The translations under genes and the position numbers were made by a program. The notes under the pieces are model-generated. The model was not told the origin of the DNA. It did not search any database and worked only from the letters and a program-made list of their open reading frames with translations. Shown here in pieces: positions 1 through 12,197 of a DNA stretch of 64,000 nt. Within the stretch, counting starts at the first letter, position 1, and each line of letters begins with the position of its first letter. Source of the DNA: Scyliorhinus canicula (lineage: Eukaryota); the NCBI RefSeq assembly GCF_902713615.1, contig NC_052151.1:26338429-26402428 (forward strand), in the 5' to 3' direction.

Positions 1-224
1 TTCCGGCGCCTGTTCGGGTACACAGAGAGAGAATTCAGAATGTTCAAATTGCCTAACAGTACTACCTTTGGGACTTGTGGGAGGAAACCGGAGCATCCGG
101 AGGAAACCTATGCAGAAACAGGGTAAACGTGCAGACTCCAGACAGACAGTGACCTAAGCTGGGAATTGAACCTGAGGCCCTGGAGCTGTGAAGCAGTGCT
201 ACCCACTGTGCTACTGTGCTGCCC
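1..224 (-). mobile_element. tRNA-derived V-domain SINE (HE1-like), cut by window edge
   Basis: Reverse strand has tRNA-like head with B-box GGTTCAATTCC, then V-domain GGAGTCTGCACGTT...GGTTTCCTCCGGATGCTCCGGTTTCCTCCCAC; many similar copies in the window. Confidence 0.85.
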
Positions 225-318
225 CCTTCATAAACCCAAGAACTGCCATCTAGGCAGTATAACGTGCAAGAGGAAATGATGAAGGTGGTGATGAGGACAA
301 TGGCTAACATTGTGCCAT

Positions 319-891
319 GAGGCATGATGGTAAAAGAGGCTAACAGTGAGGCACAATGGTAAAAGAGACTCACAGTGAGGCATGATGGTAAAAGAGGCTA
401 ACAGTGAGGCATGATGGTAAAAGAGGCTAACAGTGAGGCACGATGGTAAAAGAGGCTAACAGTGAGGCATGATGGTAAAAGAGGCTAACAGTGAGGCACG
501 ATGGTAAAAGAGGCTAACAGTGAGGCATGATGGTAAAAGAGACTCACAGTGAGGCACGATGGTAAAAGAGGCTAACAGTGAGGCATGATGGTAAAAGAGG
601 CTAACAGTGAGGCACGATGGTAAAAGAGGCTAACAGTGAGGCATGATGGTAAAAGAGACTCACAGTGAGGCATGATGGTAAAAGGGGCTAACAGTGAAGC
701 ACGATGGTAAAAGAGGCTAACAGTGAGGCATGATGGTAAAAGAGGCTAACAGTGAGGCATGATGGTAAAAGAGGCTAACAGTGAGGCACGATGGTAAAAG
801 AGGCTAACAGTGAGGCATGATGGTAAAAGAGGCTAACAGTGAGGCATGATGGTAAAAGAGACTCACAGTGAGACATGATGGTAAAAGAGGC
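319..891. repeat. 29-bp minisatellite GAGGCATGATGGTAAAAGAGGCTAACAGT, ~19-20 copies
   Basis: Direct tandem periodicity visible in sequence. Confidence 0.95.
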
Positions 892-894
892 AAA

Positions 895-1124
895 CACGGT
901 AGCACAGTGGTCAGCACAGTTGCTTCACAGCTCCAGGGTTTCAGATTCGATTCCCAGTTAGGTCACTGTCTGTGCAGAGTCTGCACGTTCTCCCCGTGTC
1001 TATGTGGGTTTCCTCCAGGTGCTCTGGTTTCCTCCCACAGTCCAAAGATGTGCAGTTTTGGTGGATTGGCCATGATAAATTGCCCTTAGTGACCAAAAAA
1101 AAGGTTAGGTGGGGTTACTGGGTT
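895..1124 (+). mobile_element. V-domain SINE (HE1-like), 3' truncated
   Basis: TAGCACAGTGG A-box, GATTCGATTCC B-box, V-domain. Confidence 0.85.
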
Positions 1125-1240
1125 AAGAACATAAGAACGCGGAGCAATAGTAGGCCTTCTGGCCCTTCGAGCCTGCTCTGTCATTCAATGAGATCATGGC
1201 TGATCTTTTGTGGACTCAGCTCCACTTTCCCACCTGAACA
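1125..1240 (-). mobile_element. CR1 LINE 3' terminal fragment
   Basis: Reverse of TTCTTATGTTCTT terminal repeat plus GGCTCGAAGGGCCAGAAGGCCTACT hairpin region. Confidence 0.65.
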
Positions 1241-1379
1241 CACATTTATACTCCACATGCTGGACAGAGCCAGCAGGCAGGGATCTACCCCCGTACCTGT
1301 AGTACAGGAACCTTACCGTATTACCTCTCAAGTACGTATTATACAAACAGTGGTGACTACCACAGTGCGTAGGAATACG

Positions 1380-3980
1380 AGTATCAGTCACCTGCCTTAC
1401 AGAACAGTGTGCTCCCTTCTCCTGGTATCGAAAGTATCATCACCTCCCTTACAGAGCAGTGTGCTCCCTTCTCCTGGTATAGAGAGTATCAGTCACCTCC
1501 CTTACAGAGCAGTGTGCTCCCTTCTCCTGGTATAGAGAGTATCAGTCACCTCCCTTACAGAGCAATGTGCTCCCTTCTCCTGGTATCGAAAGTATCATCA
1601 CCTCCCTTACAGAGCAGTGTGCCCCCTTCTCCTGGTATAGAGAGTATCATCACCTCTCTTACAGAGCAGTGTGCTCCCTTCTCCTGGTATAGAGAGTATC
1701 AGTCACCTCCCTTACAGAGCAGTGTGCTCCCTTCTCCTGGTAGAAAGAGTATCAGTCACCTCCCTTACAGAGCAGTGTGCTCCCTTCTCCTGGTATAGAG
1801 AGTATCAGTCACCTCCCTTACAGAGCAGTGTGCTCCCTTCTCCTGGTATAGAGAGTATCAGTCACCTCCCTTACAGAGCAGTGTGCTCCCTTCTCCTGGT
1901 ATAAAGAGTATCAGTCACCTCCCTTACAGAGCAGTGTGCTCCCTTCTCCTGGTATAGAGAGTATCAGTCACCTCCCTTACAGAGCAGTGTGCTCCCTTCT
2001 CCTGGTATAAAGAGTATCAGTCACCTCCCTTACAGAGCAGTGTGCTCCCTTCTCCTGGTATAAAGAGTATCAGTCACCTCCCTTACAGAGCAGTGTGCTC
2101 CCTTCTGATAAGGAGAGTATCAGTCACCTCCCTTACAGAGCAGTGTGCTCCCTTCTCCTGGTATAAAGAGTATCAGTCACCTCCCTTACAGAGCAGTGTG
2201 CTCCCTTCTGATAAGGAGAGTATCAGTCACCTCCCTTACAGAGCAGTGTGCTCCCTTCTCCTGGTATAGAGAGTATCAGTCACCTCCCTTACAGAGCAGT
2301 GTGCTCCCTTCTCCTGGTATAGAGAGTATCAGTCACCTCCCTTACAGAGCAGTGTGCTCCCTTCTCCTGGTATAAAGAGTATCAGTCACCTCCCTTACAG
2401 AGCAGTGTGCTCCCTTCTCCTGGTATAGAGAGTATCAGTCACCTCCCTTACAGAGCAGTGTGCTCCCTTCTCCTGGTATAGAGAGTATCCGTCACCTCCC
2501 TTACAGAGCAGTGTGCTCCCTTCTCCTGGTATAGAGAGTATCAGTCACCTCCCTTACAGAGCAGTGTGCTCCCTTCTCCTGGTATAGAGAGTATCAGTCA
2601 CCTCCCTTACAGAGCAGTGTGCTCCCTTCTCCTGGTATAAAGAGTATCAGTCACCTCCCTTACAGAGCAGTGTGCTCCCTTCTCCTGGTATAAAGAGTAT
2701 CAGTCACCTCCCTTACAGAGCAGTGTGCTCCCTTCTGATAAGGAGAGTATCAGTCACCTCCCTTACAGAGCAGTGTGCTCCCTTCTCCTGGTATAAAGAG
2801 TATCAGTCACCTCCCTTACAGAGCAGTGTGCTCCCTTCTGATAAGGAGAGTATCAGTCACCTCCCTTACAGAGCAGTGTGCTCCCTTCTCCTGGTATAGA
2901 GAGTATCAGTCACCTCCCTTACAGAGCAGTGTGCTCCCTTCTCCTGGTATAGAGAGTATCAGTCACCTCCCTTACAGAGCAGTGTGCTCCCTTCTCCTGG
3001 TATAGAGAGTATCAGTCACCTCCCTTACAGAGCAGTGTGCTCCCTTCTCCTGGTATAGAGAGTATCAGTCACCTCCCTTACAGAGCAGTGTGCTCCCTTC
3101 TCCTGGTATAAAGAGTATCAGTCACCTCCCTTACAGAGCAGTGTGCTCCCTTCTGATAAGGAGAGTATCAGTCACCTCCCTTACAGAGCAGTGTGCTCCC
3201 TTCTCCTGGTATAGAGAGTATCAGTCACCTCCCTTACAGAGCAATGTGCTCCCTTCTCCTGGTATAGAGAGTATCAGTCACCTCCCTTACAGACAGTGTG
3301 CTCCCTTCTCCTGGTGTAAGGAGTATCAGTCACCTCCCTTACAGAGCAGTGTACTCCCTTCTCCTGGTATAGAGAGTATCAGTCACCTCCCTTACAGAGC
3401 AGTGTACTCCCTTCTCCTGGTATAGAGAGTATCAGTCACCTCCCTTACAGAGCAGTGTGCTCCCTTCTCCTGGTATAGAGAGTATCAGTCACCTCCCTTA
3501 CAGAGCAGTGTACTCCCTTCTGATAAGGAGAGTATCAGTCACCTCCCTTACAGAGCAGTGTGCTCCCTTCTCCTGGTATAGAGAGTATCAGTCACCTCCC
3601 TTACAGAGCAGTGTGCTCCCTTCTCCTGGTATAGAGAGTATCATCACCTCCCTTACAGAGCAGTGTACTCCCTTCTCCTGGTATAGAGAGTATCAGTCAC
3701 CTCCCTTACAGAGCAGTGTGCTCCCTTCTCCTGGTACAAAGAGTATCAGTCACCTCCCTTACAGAGCAGTGTACTCCCTTCTCCTGGTATAGAGAGTATC
3801 AGTCACCTCCCTTACAGAGCAGTGTACTCCCTTCTCCTGGTATAGAGAGTATCAGTCACCTCCCTTACAGAGCAGTGTGCTCCCTTCTCCTGGTATAGAG
3901 AGTATCAGTCACCTCCCTTACAGAGCAGTGTGCTCCCTTCTCCTGGTATAAGGAGTATTAGTCACCTCCCTTACAGACAG
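1380..3980. repeat. 53-bp minisatellite (AGTATCAGTCACCTCCCTTACAGAGCAGTGTGCTCCCTTCTCCTGGTATAGAG), ~49 copies with 50-bp variants
   Basis: Tandem periodicity; explains all repeated ORFs between 1409 and 3898. Confidence 0.97.
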
Positions 3981-4174
3981 TGGAGGGTGAATTGGGAAAT
4001 ATTTGAGGTATCACCTGCTCTATCCTAGAAGGATCCCAACATGAGGAGAATCAAGTCCGTGGTCACTTTGACAGTTATTCCCAAAAACCATCCTTGACCT
4101 GCTCCAAGGCTGCCGGTCTACTTGCAACAGGTGACAGATTTCTGTGAACGTTTTCTTAGAGGAATTAAAACTTT

Positions 4175-5450
4175 GGGCAGGATTCTCTGATCCTGAGACT
4201 AAGTGTTGACGCTGTCGTAAACGCCATTGTGTTTCTCGACGGTGTCAGCATGGCCTCAGGATCAGCAGTTCTGGCCCCTACAGGGGGCCAGCATGGCACC
4301 GGAGCGACCCTCTCCGCTCCACTGCTGATTCCAGTGTCAACTGGGCACCGCAGGGTCCGCATATGCGCAGTGGTACCGGCGCCAATGCGCGCATACGCAG
4401 TGGCTCCCTTCTCCGCGCCGGTCCCGACGCAACATGGCGCAGGGCTAAAGGGGCTGGCGCGGAAGAACGGAGGCCCCCAGCCTGAGAGGCCAGCCCGCCG
4501 GTCAATGGGCCCGATCGCGTGCCAGGCCACAATGGTGCACCCCCCCCCACCCCCCCCGGGGGTCGAACCCCCCCTCCCCCCTAGCACAGGCCTCCCCCGT
4601 ACCCTTCCACGCCGAGGTCTCCTAGCACAGGCCTCCCCCGTACCCTTCCACGCCGAGGTCCCCTAGCACAGGCCTCCCCCGTACCCTTCCACGCCGAGGT
4701 CTCCTAGCACAGGCCTCCCCCGTACCCTTCCACGCCGAGGTCTCCTAGCACAGGCCTCCCCCGTACCCTTCCACGCCGAGGTCTCCTAGCACAGGCCTCC
4801 CCCGTACCCTTCCACGCCGAGGTCTCCTAGCACAGGCCTCCCCCGTACCCTTCCACACCGAGGTCCCCTAGCACAGGCCTCCCCGTACCCTTCCATGCCG
4901 AGGTCCCCTAGCACAGGCCTCCCCCGTACCCTTCCATGCCGAGGTCCCCTAGCACAGGCCTCCCCCGTACCCTTCCCCCCCTCCCCCCTAGCACAGGCCT
5001 CCCCCGTACCCTTCCACGCCGAGGTCTCCTAGCACAGGCCTCCCTCGTACCCTTCCACGCCGAGGTCTCCTAGCACAGGCCTCCCCCGTACCCTTCCATG
5101 CCGAGGTCCCCTAGCACAGGCCTCCCCCGTACCCTTCCCCCCCCTCCCCCCTAGCACAGGCCTCCCCCGTACCCTTCCACACCGAGGTCTCAATGGATGC
5201 GACCACACGTGGACGGTGCTGGTGGGACTTGGGGTTTTTGTTACGGCCGCTCAGCCCATCCCGGGCCGAGTATCGTCAGAGGGGGCACGTCGAGCGGACC
5301 CCGACCGGCGCCGTGCCAACCACGCCGGTGCCAATGGCGCCGATTCTTTGCTCTGCGGTGAACCGTGTCCCGATGTCGGGGCGGCATGGCGTGATTCGCG
5401 CTGGCCATGGCGATTCTCCGGCCCGGCCCCAGGCTGAGTGAGTCCCACCC
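4175..5450. mobile_element. GC/CpG-rich non-autonomous DNA transposon (Harbinger-like TIR family)
   Basis: Starts GGGCAGGATTCTC and ends with degenerate inverted GAGTCCCACCC; termini resemble those of the elements at 9075 and 40775. Confidence 0.65.
4581..5190. repeat. 41-bp minisatellite CTAGCACAGGCCTCCCCCGTACCCTTCCACGCCGAGGTCTC inside the transposon
   Basis: ~15 tandem copies. Confidence 0.95.
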
Positions 5451-5642
5451 CTTGTTCTCTGTTGAGGTGACATAGGAGAATTGCCCTCTGAAGATCCTGA
5501 TCGGGCCTCCAGATGAGAAACCCTCGCCCCTCATCTTTCTCACCAAGGAGCCTCTCCTAAATCTCCCAGTCATGTTGCAGGCTAACAAGGGTGTGGTAAC
5601 TGCAGCACCCTTGACTGGGAGTGAGGGATCTCACCAGGAGTA

Positions 5643-5828
5643 GCGGCTGGTTTAGCACACTGGGCTAAATCACTGGCTTTGTGAAAGCAGATTAAGGCAG
5701 GCCAGCAGCACGGTTCAATTCCTGTACCAGCCTCCCTGAACAGGCGCCGGAATGTGGCGACTAGGGGCTTTTCACAGTAACGTCATTGAAGCCTACTTGT
5801 GACAATAAGTGATTTTCATTTCATTTTC
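5643..5828 (+). mobile_element. Short tRNA-derived SINE (second family; no V-domain, (TTTCA)n tail)
   Basis: GGCTGGTTTAGCAC...GGTTCAATTCC head; near-identical copies at 31117, 35541, 35700, 35878, 39336 and 58375. Confidence 0.85.
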
Positions 5829-6519
5829 AGAACCCTTGAAGTCAGGAGCATGACCTTGGCCACATGTCACACCACCAGTAGACCTCAATCAGCAGCTAAT
5901 CTGAAAGTAATCGATGATCGCTTTAAATCACAGCTGGTCGGTGGTCCTTCCTGTTGCTGAAAACCACACGAGGTTCACAGTGGGTACAAGCGGTTGTGTT
6001 GAGGTAAAAATCTACATTATGTGCAGGCCGCTGTCACAATCTGCTGACGCTGTATACATCTGGCGCAAGCTCCTGGCTCCCTCACCAAACTTGCGAGTGG
6101 CGTGAACAGTACAGGACGTGTATGTCTGAAAATGGCATTTAAAAATATCCATAAATTCCTATTATGGTCATTTTATGAGTTCTCAATGACTGCTGGTTCA
6201 GCAAAAGATGTTGTTTAGCCGAGAGGCATGCTCCTGTTGCAGTAGCTCGGTTTGGCACAGTTCCAGCTCATTCCGGCATCACATTCAAAGTTCCTAGATC
6301 TTAAAAGGCACAATTTGACAACTAACTTGCACAACATGAGAAAATACTAACCTTTGTAAGTGCTCTACAAAATACTTGAGATGCAAAAAAAGTTTGGACT
6401 ATATTTTGAAAATGATTGCCAGACGTTAAGCTGTGGTTAATATTCAATATCCCCTAACCGACAGCAACATTGAAATAAATGACGTTAAATAGTCTTTGTC
6501 ATTCATGGTTTCAAACTTG

Positions 6520-7300
6520 ATTTCTCAAATTTGATGCAGAATTCCACAGGTTCGCTGCACTCTGAGTGAAGACATTTTTCCTCAACTCAGTCCTAAATGG
6601 TCTGCCCCAAATGCTGAGACTCTTCCCCCTGGTTCTTGATTCTCCAATCGGAAAAATATCCTCCCTACATCCAGTGTGCCCAGCCCTATTAGAATTTTGC
6701 CTTCCTAATTGTTTGCTGCACCTGCCTCTCCACTTTCATTGTCTAGTTTACAAGGACTCCCAGATCCCTTTGTGTATCCACGCATCCAATATATGGTCCA
6801 CAGCCTTGAATGTTTTCTTCCCAAGCACATGTAAAGCACATGTTGTCAGGCGGCAGCACGGTAGCATGGTGGTTAGCATAAATGCTTCACAGCTCCAGGG
6901 TCCCAGGTTCGATTCCCGGCTGGGTCACTGTCTGTGTGGAGTCTGCACGTCCTCCCCGTGTGTGCGTGGGTTTTCTCCGGGTGCTCCGGTTTCCTCCCAC
7001 AGTCCAAAGATGTGCGGGTTAGGTGGATTGGCCATGCTAAATTGCCCGTAGTGTCCTAAAAAGTAAGGTTAAGGGGGGGGGTTGTTGGGTTACGGGTATA
7101 GGGTGGATACGTGGGTTTTAGTAGGGTGATCATTGCTCGGCACAACATCGAGGGCCGAAGGGCCTGTTCTGTGCTGTACTGTTCTATGTTCTATATCACC
7201 GTTTAAATAATAATCTTCCTTTCTGATTTTCACACCAAAGTCTATAACTTCACATTTGGCAATGTTGTACTGCATCTGCCATGTGTTCACCCACTCACTC
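6520..7300 (-). mobile_element. Degraded CR1 LINE fragments interrupted by a SINE
   Basis: ORF 7090..7302 begins SEWVNTWQMQYNIAKCEVIDFG (CR1 RT C-terminal motif). Confidence 0.7.
6849..7195 (+). mobile_element. Full-length V-domain SINE with CR1-like tail
   Basis: GGCGGCAGCACGGTAGC head, B-box, V-domain, tail GGGCCGAAGGGCCTGTTCTGTGCTGTAC(TGTTCTA)n. Confidence 0.9.
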
Positions 7301-7519
7301 AACTTGCCTAAATCACCTCAAAGCCTGGAGAGACTGCTTGATCAGTACACGCCTGACAACATGTGCTTTACATGTGCTTGGGAAGAAAACATTCAAGGCT
7401 GTGGACCAAGTGCCAGGAAATGGGGTTAGTGCAGATGAGAGTAGCTTTTTGTTTGTTGGTGCAGTTTGGTGGGCAGAAGGACCTCTTCTGTACTGCATGA
7501 TTCTATTGTTTGAAAACTA

Positions 7520-8375
7520 GCCAGCAGTGTAACCAACCCAGCATGGGATGTGGTGGCTGGATATAGCCCTTGGGGAGAATGGGATCAAATGCTACGGGGG
7601 GAAAGCAGGATTAGGCTATTGAGTTGGATGATCAGCCATGATCGTGATGAATGGCGGAGCAGGCTCGAAGGGCCAAAAGGCCTCCTCCTGCTCCTATCTT
7701 CTATGTATCTATGTGGTGGCAAAGGCCCTGAGTGCCAGCTCCCCACAGAAGAGGACAGCCATCCAGTTCCACAAGAGGGTGAATGCTCCCCTTCTGCCTT
7801 CCCAACTCAACTCACACACCCATCATACTTCCACAGCAACCTCACTCACTGTCATGTTAAGGGACATCACCACTTGCTCTCCCACGCACATCGTCATCTC
7901 CCCTGTGGGTCACGTCCTCATCACTTCGCTGGTCCCACTCACCATCCAGGCACCTTTATTTTGTGCCCTGGCGTGCGTCGTGCTTGCACTCTCTCCATCT
8001 GTCTTTGTAGAGGACAAGCTGGCTCACAACAAGAGGGAGAGATCCCAGATGGGTAGAGAAATGCCAGAACTGTAGGCCCTCATAGACTTTGAGGACAGAT
8101 CTTTTTGTGGATGGTGAGTGGGACCAGTGAGGCGATGAGGACACGACCCGCAGGGGAGATGAAGATGTTTTTGGGAGATCGAGTGGTGGTGTCTCTTGAG
8201 CTGGCACTGATTGAGATTCCCGCGGAGGTGTGTGAGTTGAGAGTTATAAGAAAGCTGCTTACTCCAGCAGAACGGAGGAGATCATTCATCTTCTTGTGAC
8301 ACTGGATACTTGTCCTCTACAATGTGTTCACACTGACCACCACCTCCCATGCTGGGTTGGTGTACTTAGTAGCTG
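7520..8375. repeat. Palindromic/foldback element with long imperfect inverted arms
   Basis: 7865-7947 is the inverted match of 8107-8193; CCAACCCAGCATGGGA (~7533) pairs with TCCCATGCTGGGTTGG (~8345). Confidence 0.75.
7558..7710 (+). mobile_element. 5'-truncated CR1 3' end with 10-bp TSD
   Basis: CR1 tail hairpin and (TATG) terminus; ATGTGGTGGC duplicated at 7548-7557 and 7711-7720. Confidence 0.8.
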
Positions 8376-9074
8376 GTGTTCTCCTTGTGCGGGTATAGAA
8401 CGTAACATCGTGCCTTCGCTACATCCTGCGGCCTCTTGATGGAGGCATCAGAGAACCTGTGACCAGCCTTCCTTGCAGCTATCACTTGTCATCGACCAAG
8501 GAGAGTTATCTGGTGATCAGTGGGGCAGCCTTTAAATGTAGTCCTCCCATCGCTAACACACTGAGCTAATGGCGGAGCGGGTGTATCAGAGACTGCCTGC
8601 CAGCGATCGAGCATTAATCCCATGGCCTCAGATTTATCTCTAAACGTTGCTTTTCCCGCCATCCATTGGCCTTCGCCAATTTCCGGCAACATCTCACCCT
8701 TTGTGATTCATTAATCTCTGCATAGCTGTAAGGGATGATGAGGAATTTCTGGACGATTCTATCCTGAGAACAATCACACCCACATCATTACATAAAATTA
8801 TATGGAACACACAAGCAGGCCATTCAGCCCAACCAGTCAATGCTGGTTTTTGTGTTCCATCCTTCTTTCCTCATCTAACCTCGTCAACAGAATCCTTCAT
8901 ATTCTCTTCACCCCCGCATGCTTACCTGGCTTCCCCTTAAACGCTTCTATGAATATTCCCTTCAACCACTCATAATTCCCACATTTACATCACTCTCTGG
9001 ATTGGATTTCTTGCTGACTATCTTATATTATGTTCCCAGAAGTGGAAACATTCTGTCTGTGTTTAGTATGTCTA

Positions 9075-9734
9075 GGGCGGGAATCTCCCAACGCCCGCCG
9101 ACAAATGGGCGAGAATCACTCCGGACTTTTTCCTTGAAATTCTGGGGTGATTTCCCATTCTCCAGGGGGTTAGCAGGTCTCCGGTGTGCATCCTGCAGCT
9201 CTGGCTGTCGGCGGGGGCCCTGCTGGACAGACCGCATGGCCATGAATGCGCACGGAGGCCACAAGCGGGTCCGCGCATGCGCGTGGTGGCCCACCTTGGC
9301 ACGGGTGCCGCCGACATGGCGGAGCCACATAGCAGGCCCGCGTGGAGGAATATAGGTCACTTCCTGATCGTGATGGCCCGCCGATCAGTGTCCCCAATCG
9401 CGGGCCTGCCCATCGTCGAGGCCCCCCACTCTGGTGTCCGATCCCCACGCCCACCCCCATCATAACGGCCACATCAGACACGACTCCGAGTTCCTGCCAG
9501 GTGGAACCATATTGTAACCACCCGGCGGGACTCGGAGGGCACTCGGCCCGTCGAGCCCGGTGAATCGCTGGGGGAGCCTTTTCCAACGGCCCCCAACCGG
9601 CGCCGCGTCGATTGCGCACGCGCGAATGTCGAAGATTCTCCGGTCGCCAGAGAATCGCGTGCTGGCATGGTGGCCTAATTTGGGTAATTGTCTGTCGAGC
9701 ACAATTTGGGCGCGGAGGGTCGGAGAATCCCACC
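9075..9734. mobile_element. GC-rich non-autonomous DNA transposon (Harbinger-like TIRs)
   Basis: TIRs GGGCGGGAATCTCC / GGAGAATCCCACCC; internal GGAGAATC subterminal motifs. Confidence 0.75.
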
Positions 9735-10959
9735 CCCAATCTTTCATAATTTTAAAAGTTTCTAGAATGTCACCAGAGGCGGACATACACTTTTGGAGAC
9801 CCCATGCTCTACCACTTGGCAGGACACCAAAGTCACACCCCATCTTCTGGTGATGTGATGGCCCTCCCCCAATTACACTAGCCCCGCCCCCAATGACATC
9901 AGTGCCCTCCTGGATCCTCACTGTGATTTTTCAGTCGAGAGGTAGCACTCTGGCCAATGGTACCGCCAGTTCCCAGAATGCTTCCTTCGCCTTTCAGCTT
10001 GATTTTGTGCTATTGTCACTGGAGATTAAATGTCTCCAAGCCCTTCCGCCTCAGAGAAATGCGGAAAGAAGAAACATTGCTGAATCTTGCGTGGACTCAG
10101 AATCCCGTTAAGAAATATTAGTGAAATTGTTCATTCGGTGTGGAAGCACATTCTGTACAACTTCTTATATCTTTGTCTGAAGAGAATCATTCTGGAAATC
10201 GTGCCATTCTACTATTTATTTGTACCGGTGGCGCCACCTTGCAATGAAGCAATCAGCATCAAGGACATGGGGGCAGAATCACCTGACCATATCTGAAGAC
10301 GTTTTGTTTCTGGCATCGGAGTTCAATTTACAGAGCGATAACCTTGGGAAGTGGGATCCAATTTGTAGGAAGACGGGAGGGGAGGTTTGGAAATGTGGCA
10401 AGTCTGAAGATGGGAAGACCCAAGTGTTCCTTGAAGAACCTGATAAAACCTGTCTTATTTGATGATGTGTAGGAACTTGACTTTGTCCATTAGCTGTAAT
10501 GCTGTCCTGCGCTGTAGCCGGGAATATACTTAGCAGACATTTCACGTGTTTATAAAGTGATTTGAGATGAGCACTTTCGTATAAACTTGTTTGTTTGCTG
10601 TAACTTTTCTTTGCTTCTCCCCTGATCTGTTACAATTCAGCGATTCCCAACACAAATTGTTAATATTGAACATGTATGTGTGTGCACATGTTTGTATATG
10701 ATATATGAAAGCTGTGTGTACATATAATAAAATATGTTTTGTGAATCTGCCAAAATTGATCCTTGCCTTTGGCCCAACACCATCTCCGTAATTACAATCA
10801 TCTGAACAAACATCTGAGGTATCTGCGTCCCCCCGGTTCACTTCACAATATTTCGTCCCCATTATTTTATGATCCCCACCCACTCTCCCTCCCCATAGGC
10901 CGGGGCCCTACGCTGCAGTTCTTTGTGTTTCAGAGTCTGCCTCTGGAGGTCACACAGCA

Positions 10960-11444
10960 AGATTTTTATCAATTACAAGTATAAAGATAGCCCACAGCTA
11001 CAGTAATCTATGTATAACACTTAATGAATCCCCCCTTAACTGTTCAAATTCAAAAACAAAATCCCATAATCCAAAAAACTAATTTTCAAGCATGTGGCCC
11101 AGCACTCTGCATTCTCACTTGAATAAGACTGGCTTTCCCTGAGATTCTGGCCCCATCCCACCAGCAGGTTTAAACCCTTCCGGGAAGCAAACTATAGTTT
11201 TTAAGTTACCGAAACAGCAGATATCTATAATCAATGTTTTTTTTACTGGAACCGATATTTAAAATGAAACTAGAGAGAGACAGGCCAAAACACTTCTGTT
11301 TTCTGTTACAGTCCACAGCAGCCAAATGTGAAAGCGAAACCAAAAACAGCTCACAGAGCCACAGCCCAGCTCCAGCCACACAATGACATTACTGAAGCCA
11401 TGTGATAAGACAAAAACCTTTCTTAAAGGGACACTTGCATGACA
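10960..11444 (-). mobile_element. LTR-like fragment
   Basis: Minus strand begins TGTCATGCAAGTGTCCCTTTAAGAAA, similar to the start of the TSD-flanked solo LTR at 35475; distal end not defined. Confidence 0.55.
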
Positions 11445-11754
11445 CTTCACCAAGAAAGGGCAGTCTCCTGAACATTGACCGGATACTTGATCTTGCTTCA
11501 ATTTTCGAAAGACCAGGTTTTCTGGCTGGTCTTTCTTGCGTCACCAACATTTACAACCTTTTGAAGCGATGCTTCCTATTCCGTCTCCGTGTGTTTTTTT
11601 GCATATCAGCCTTATTGCTGATGCTTGTGTCTTCACTGTCATGGGTGCTACCCGGTCGACCAACCGTGCCCTCAACTCTTCTTCTCTTCCCCTTTCTTCT
11701 CATTTGAATAAGCCGCTCTCTGTGTCTCCTTTTCTCTTAGGCTTTGGTAGCATC

Positions 11755-12197
11755 TTCATTTGGTGCAGTTTTCGTAACTGTTCTACCAGTGCGCCGACAC
11801 TCATGCCTCTGCTTTGTTTTAATGGTCTTCATGGTCCCTTTTCTTTCCAGTCGCTGTGGCGTCCTGTGCATCCTATAATTTGTGGTCCATCAGAAGAGAA
11901 AAAATCTGACTCATCAAGCTGGGACTTCCCTGTGTATGTCTTGATCAATGCTTCATTTGTGAAATACACATTTGGCTTGAACGTAAACTCCAGAATAAAA
12001 CTCATTGGTTGCTCTGGACCTGAAGATTTCCCCTCTAAGTCTCGCAAATGCTTGAAGATGGGTTCATCGTGCTCCTGTATCATGTCACTGAGCAAATCCA
12101 CATTCTTGAAGACTGTCAACCAGAACACTGGAATTCCCTTTGGCTCCTCCATCTCTTCTTCTGGTTTATCTTCCTCCACTTTAACTTTTGCTTGTAT
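11755..12197 (-). pseudogene. NAP1L1: Processed (intronless) fragment of nucleosome assembly protein 1-like 1
   Basis: PKGIPVFWLTVFKNVDLLSDMIQEHDEPIFKHL...QPMSFILEF...YFTNEALIKTY...DGPQIIGCTG...DWK, then after a frameshift KTIKTKQRH...RTVTKTAPNE; diagnostic residues fit NAP1L1 rather than NAP1L4; no introns. Confidence 0.9.

Noticed and set aside
972-3898. Many ORFs in the 53-bp array
   Set aside because: Frame-rotating translations of the satellite unit
319-3980. CRISPR-like regular repeats
   Set aside because: Units are contiguous with no unique spacers, there are no cas genes, and the context is eukaryotic
4175-5450. CpG island promoter
   Set aside because: CpG richness lies within a TIR-bounded repeat; the same applies to 9075-9734
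5830-6125. Minus-strand exon after a CCATTTTCAG acceptor
   Set aside because: All frames close within ~40 codons, no recognisable product and no linked exons
10279-10626. Minus-strand open frame of ~115 codons after a weak acceptor
   Set aside because: No recognisable homology or supporting neighbouring exons
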